Positions 56,718 through 61,090 of a stretch of DNA of 61,090 nt are shown piece after piece. Position 1 is the stretch's first letter; each line of letters starts with the position of its first letter. The position numbers and the translations under genes were made by a program. The notes below the pieces were generated by a model. It searched no databases and was not told the origin of the DNA. It saw only the letters and a program-made list of their open reading frames with translations. Source of the DNA: a virus (taxonomy: Duplodnaviria > Caudoviricetes); the IMG/VR virus record IMGVR_UViG_3300025407_001003, positions 1 to 61,090 of that record. One strand, written 5' to 3'.

Positions 56718-58043
56718 ATGTTAAAGAGACGAATAATTAATTTAATTCGAAAATGGCGAGCAGCTCGCAATATTAAGAAATTTTCAAAAAAAACTATGAA
56801 ACCAGAAGATGTAATTTGTGCAATACCGTGGATGCATTTAGCATTTGAACCCAGCGGTAAAATCGTTCCCTGTTGTTTAACTTCACATCATAATTATTTT
56901 TCAGGTGATTTAACTAAAGAATCAATCGAAGAAATATGGAATAGTGAGAATATGAAATCCTTACGTCGAGAGATGTTAGAGGGTCGGGAACCAAAAATCT
57001 GTAGTACATGTTTCGACAGAGAACGTGTTACAGGAGAAAGTGCTAGAACTTTTCACGAGAAAGAATTCAAAGAAGTTGTTAAGAGAATTCCAGAAATTAC
57101 ACAGCCAGACGGCACATGTACTGAAATGAAATTACGATATTGGGATTTTAGATTCAGTAATTTGTGTAACTATAAATGTCGCAGTTGTGGGCCAAGATTT
57201 AGTAGTGCATGGGTGCCGGATGCTAAAAAATTAGGTCACATAAATGATCAGGATAAAGTGTGGAGTATTGAACAGGTTAGCAATATGTCTAACTATGACT
57301 TTTTAAAAGATCAAGTTCAATATGTGCAAAAAATTTATTTTGCAGGTGGAGAACCATTGTTAATGCCCGAACATTGGCAAATTTTAGATATGTTAGTTGA
57401 AAATCAAAAATTCAACATTAGAATATCATATAATACAAATGCGTCAACGTTAACTTATAGTGGAAAAAACGCATTGGATTATTGGAAAAAGTGGGATAAT
57501 AATAAAGTTGAAGTTTGGCCTAGTATCGATGAAATTGGAGAACGTGCTGAACTTATTCGATCCGGAACTGTTTGGACAAAAGTTGAAGAGAATCTCAAAA
57601 AGATCACAGCATTAGATAATGTTTGGATTAGACCAGGCATCACAGTCGGCGCGTGGAATGTACGAAGATTACCTATAATTTTAAATCATTTAATCGATCT
57701 CGGTGTTATCAAAGAAAAATATAATTATGCAAATTTCTTTTTTAATATACTTCAAAACCCATCACATTATCATGTTCATATTCTACCCGAAGATTATCGA
57801 TTAGAGACAATTAAAGAGTTAAATGATTTTGTAACCGACCATAATAACAAATATAATACTAACATCTCTCATTTGTTTACTCATATTTTGCACGAATTGG
57901 AAAAACCTCAGGATAAACAAGCAGTTAAAAATTTTTTACGGATTACTAATAATATTGATACATTGCGAAACGAAGACATCTGGACTACCATTCCGGAACT
58001 AGCATGTGTTAAACTTAGTGTAGACGATAATAACGAACTATAA
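56718..58043 (+). CDS. radical SAM protein with N-terminal Cys-rich domain
   Basis: CAIPW..PCC..CSTC; CNYKCRSC; FAGGEP. Confidence 0.9.
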   Translation: MLKRRIINLIRKWRAARNIKKFSKKTMKPEDVICAIPWMHLAFEPSGKIVPCCLTSHHNYFSGDLTKESIEEIWNSENMKSLRREMLEGREPKICSTCFDRERVTGESARTFHEKEFKEVVKRIPEITQPDGTCTEMKLRYWDFRFSNLCNYKCRSCGPRFSSAWVPDAKKLGHINDQDKVWSIEQVSNMSNYDFLKDQVQYVQKIYFAGGEPLLMPEHWQILDMLVENQKFNIRISYNTNASTLTYSGKNALDYWKKWDNNKVEVWPSIDEIGERAELIRSGTVWTKVEENLKKITALDNVWIRPGITVGAWNVRRLPIILNHLIDLGVIKEKYNYANFFFNILQNPSHYHVHILPEDYRLETIKELNDFVTDHNNKYNTNISHLFTHILHELEKPQDKQAVKNFLRITNNIDTLRNEDIWTTIPELACVKLSVDDNNEL

Positions 58044-58056
58044 GACCGGAGAATTT

Positions 58057-59097
58057 ATGGATCCTTTTTTAAAAACACATTACCTTACAGTAACGGCTAG
58101 TAATTCAAAAACCGGCGATAAATTATCACTTTACTATTCGATTTTAGATACTAGTGTTAGCCATCGATGGATGACACTTATTGATAAAAGTAATGAATTA
58201 GAATATTCACTACGATATAATTATCGGAGAAATTTATCAATAGATGATATCGAAGAACGATTTGAACGTTTCAAAGAAAATATTTTATATATTAATTCTA
58301 ATTACGATCGTCATTTAACTGAATTAATCGACATTGATCATTTAGATCAAAATCAGTATATTCTTAATGACCTCCATCAAGAATATGAAATCTATGGCGA
58401 TCGACTAGCACATTTAATAGAGGTTGGTTATTTTAGTAAACCTTCTAATTTCCCCGACCTTTTTAATCCTGTATGGCCCGGCGACAAAAATTACAACGAT
58501 AAAGTATTACATGAAAGATTTTTATTGTTGAATGAGCAAATTCATAATTTTGAAGCTATTTTTAGAAGTCGTAAAAGTGGCAATCCTATGTTATGTACGT
58601 GTTTATTCGACTTTATGCCTGCTGGACTTCACGAAGATTTAAATCCCGAAGATTTTTTCCTATTTTCTCCGGAACATCAGTGGGGATGGGCATATTTAGG
58701 TTACAATACATTAGGTAAACATTGGTCTAGCGCAAGTCATGATAACGATACTGAAGTTGTATTAAGAAAGCAAATACGACCACAACATCGATTTGCAGCC
58801 GAAACGTACTTAAATTTTACACTTCATACTAATGACTACAATACTAGAGTTAATCTTCATAATTGGTGGTTAAAAAATAACTTTAGTGAAACAATTAATC
58901 CTAAGATGTATCTCGATGAATTAGCTCTAGGATTTATTCCTGTTGCTAAACTTACGGGATATAAAGTTAATGATGATGAATTTAAAGAAATACTAGAACA
59001 CATCGATTACGATGATCGAGAAGATTGGAATTTAAATATATGGAGCAAATTTGATTCTATTATCGATGTTAGAATCGGAGTTAAATCTAAAAAATGA
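58057..59097 (+). CDS. hypothetical protein (paralog of 38233..39138)
   Basis: NDLH..YE, NEQIHNFE, Y.TLGK, LALGFIPVA. Confidence 0.7.
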   Translation: MDPFLKTHYLTVTASNSKTGDKLSLYYSILDTSVSHRWMTLIDKSNELEYSLRYNYRRNLSIDDIEERFERFKENILYINSNYDRHLTELIDIDHLDQNQYILNDLHQEYEIYGDRLAHLIEVGYFSKPSNFPDLFNPVWPGDKNYNDKVLHERFLLLNEQIHNFEAIFRSRKSGNPMLCTCLFDFMPAGLHEDLNPEDFFLFSPEHQWGWAYLGYNTLGKHWSSASHDNDTEVVLRKQIRPQHRFAAETYLNFTLHTNDYNTRVNLHNWWLKNNFSETINPKMYLDELALGFIPVAKLTGYKVNDDEFKEILEHIDYDDREDWNLNIWSKFDSIIDVRIGVKSKK

Positions 59098-60035
59098 ATA
59101 GAATTATTCGAGTAAAACAAGTAGATGATGCTCCTGAGATGCAGCTTACATGGCTAATTAATAACATTTGCACTAACTCATGTTCGTATTGTCCTCCTAC
59201 ATTACATTCAGGCACTAATCATCATTATGAATGGAAAAATGCAAAAAGATTCTTTGAAATCCTCTTCGAAAAATATTCATCGGTTCATTGTAGCGTAGCC
59301 GGCGGAGAACCCAGTGTAAGTCCATTTTTTACAGATTTAATTAAAATATTTTATAATTCAGGACATTCTATTGGAATTACATCAAATGCTGCTAGGTCAG
59401 TTCGATTCTGGGAGGAGAATTCTAAATATTTAAATTATGTTTGTTTTTCATATCATCCCGAATCTCCGGATCCGCACTTTATTGAAAAAATAAATGTTGC
59501 AAAAATGCAAACTTTAGTTACTGTTAGGGTAATGATGTTACCTTCTAAATGGGATCACTGTGTCGAAATGTTCGAAAAACTTTCCGAACTTAATCACATT
59601 TGTGTAGAATCAGTGAGAATTTTTGATTGGGACGGTACTAACAAAACGGCACATGTATATACAGAAGATCAATTATTATGGTTTACACATAATGAAAGAA
59701 ATCAATCTCTTAACAAAACTCCGGGCGTTGATAAAAAGGCAGTGAGAATTCTTTGCGATTATCATCTAGAGGACGGTACAGTTCTCGAGACTCCAAACGC
59801 GGTTGACTATATAAATTCAGGGATGACAAATTTTTACGGGTACACCTGTGAAGTTGGATTAAGGAGTTTATTTGTAGACTGGAGAGGACGTATTTTTCTT
59901 GGAAATTGCGGAGTAGGAGGAATAATCGGAAATATAAATTACCCTTCTACAATTCAATGGCCGACTACGTCTGTTGTTTGTAACAAAACTCTTTGTCATT
60001 GTGCAACCGATGTAAACATTAACAAATGGGTTTAA
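59094..60035 (+). CDS. radical SAM protein with C-terminal Cys cluster
   Basis: CTNSCSYC; AGGEP; CNKTLCHC. Confidence 0.9.
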   Translation: MNRIIRVKQVDDAPEMQLTWLINNICTNSCSYCPPTLHSGTNHHYEWKNAKRFFEILFEKYSSVHCSVAGGEPSVSPFFTDLIKIFYNSGHSIGITSNAARSVRFWEENSKYLNYVCFSYHPESPDPHFIEKINVAKMQTLVTVRVMMLPSKWDHCVEMFEKLSELNHICVESVRIFDWDGTNKTAHVYTEDQLLWFTHNERNQSLNKTPGVDKKAVRILCDYHLEDGTVLETPNAVDYINSGMTNFYGYTCEVGLRSLFVDWRGRIFLGNCGVGGIIGNINYPSTIQWPTTSVVCNKTLCHCATDVNINKWV

Positions 60036-61090
60036 CTGTGACCTTTTGTAATTATCTCCGAAATCAGTATCATTTTACGTATGATGTAATTAAACCGTGT
60101 TGCTGGATCAAGGACACAAAAGTAGATATTCGTGATAACAATATAAAAACCATAAGTGCTTCTTGGGCACAGATATCAGATTGGACACCATCTTGCGAAT
60201 ATTGCCATAAGTTAGAACTTAATGGTGCCGAGTCTCCTCGAACTTCAGCGTTTAAAGAAGACATATTCGATTACGACTCGGATCCTAGATCTCCTATAAA
60301 ATTAGAAGTACAAATCGATGATACCTGTAATGCAGCGTGTCTCATGTGCGGGTCTTGGAACAGTTCAACTTGGCAGCAATATGTAGTGAATACTATGAAA
60401 GATAAGGTAATACTTAATCTTCGAGAAACCTCAATTAACGACCGAATAGACGCTATAAAAAGTACTATCGATTTTAATAAAGTTAAACAGATACATTTTT
60501 TTGGTGGAGAACCATTTAAAACTGATACACATCTTAGAGTTTTAAGAGAAGTTCAAAGGCCAAACGATACAAATCTTTTGTATGTCACTAACGGAAGCAT
60601 CTTTCCAAATAAAGAAATAATAGATCTTTTAAGTTCGTTTAAATCAGTTACGATAGCAATTAGTATAGACGGAATAAATGAACATTTTAATTATTTACGA
60701 TGGCCGTTACAGTGGAACAAGATTGAAGATAATTTACTAGAATATTCTAAATTGTCACCTTCTGTATTTAACATACAAGTTAGTTTTATTGCTACACCGT
60801 TTAATATGTATTATCAAGATAGGTATACAGAATGGGCTGTTGGGTTTTTTAAAAATTCGCATATTAATGGTTCGACCTGGTTTTTAAATCCTAACCCTGT
60901 TGATGGTATAATTAACTTATCATGTGTTCCTCCTAATTTGCAACATGCTATTCGTCAAAAATATGGCGAATCTCGTATAGTTAAATTGATAGAACCGTTT
61001 GATATTAAAAAATATAAAAATTTCATCAGGTATGTTCATTATCATGACCGATTTAGAAATTTAAATTGGAGAGAAACATTTCCTGAAATA
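60026..61090 (+). CDS. radical SAM protein with N-terminal Cys-rich domain (3'-truncated by window)
   Basis: Frame read as open to the window end: PCCW..CEYC; CNAACLMC; FFGGEP; TNGS; not in ORF track. Confidence 0.85.
   Translation, partial: MGLTVTFCNYLRNQYHFTYDVIKPCCWIKDTKVDIRDNNIKTISASWAQISDWTPSCEYCHKLELNGAESPRTSAFKEDIFDYDSDPRSPIKLEVQIDDTCNAACLMCGSWNSSTWQQYVVNTMKDKVILNLRETSINDRIDAIKSTIDFNKVKQIHFFGGEPFKTDTHLRVLREVQRPNDTNLLYVTNGSIFPNKEIIDLLSSFKSVTIAISIDGINEHFNYLRWPLQWNKIEDNLLEYSKLSPSVFNIQVSFIATPFNMYYQDRYTEWAVGFFKNSHINGSTWFLNPNPVDGIINLSCVPPNLQHAIRQKYGESRIVKLIEPFDIKKYKNFIRYVHYHDRFRNLNWRETFPEI

Overview
AT-rich segment of what is most likely a large (jumbo) bacteriophage genome, read in standard code 11; the FtsH, PpiC and IF-1 sequences look proteobacterial (inference). 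Content: (1) a dispersed tRNA cluster of 13 tRNAs, with three homing endonucleases next to or overlapping tRNA genes and many structured non-coding elements between them; (2) host-like genes ftsH, clpP, ppiC, infA, an L7/L12 C-terminal domain and a Bfd-like ferredoxin; (3) a run of small phage ORFs; (4) a very large modification-enzyme repertoire: 11 radical SAM, about 11 2OG-Fe(II)/AspH-like oxygenases, an amidinotransferase, a PLP enzyme, a QueC-like protein, glycosyl-, sulfo- and methyltransferases and a desaturase; (5) an ATP-dependent DNA ligase. The most striking observation is a seven-copy covarying RNA motif (UAGG-N4-NUW-CAGCA...CCUG). Two copies carry circularly permuted tRNA-like domains, and one copy forms the 5' leader of a helical+vWA (DUF2828-like, Ro60/TROVE-like architecture) gene that sits beside a 3'-5' exonuclease. 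This is a candidate phage-encoded system analogous to Ro60/Y RNA. All calls come from reading motifs by eye; no database searches were run.
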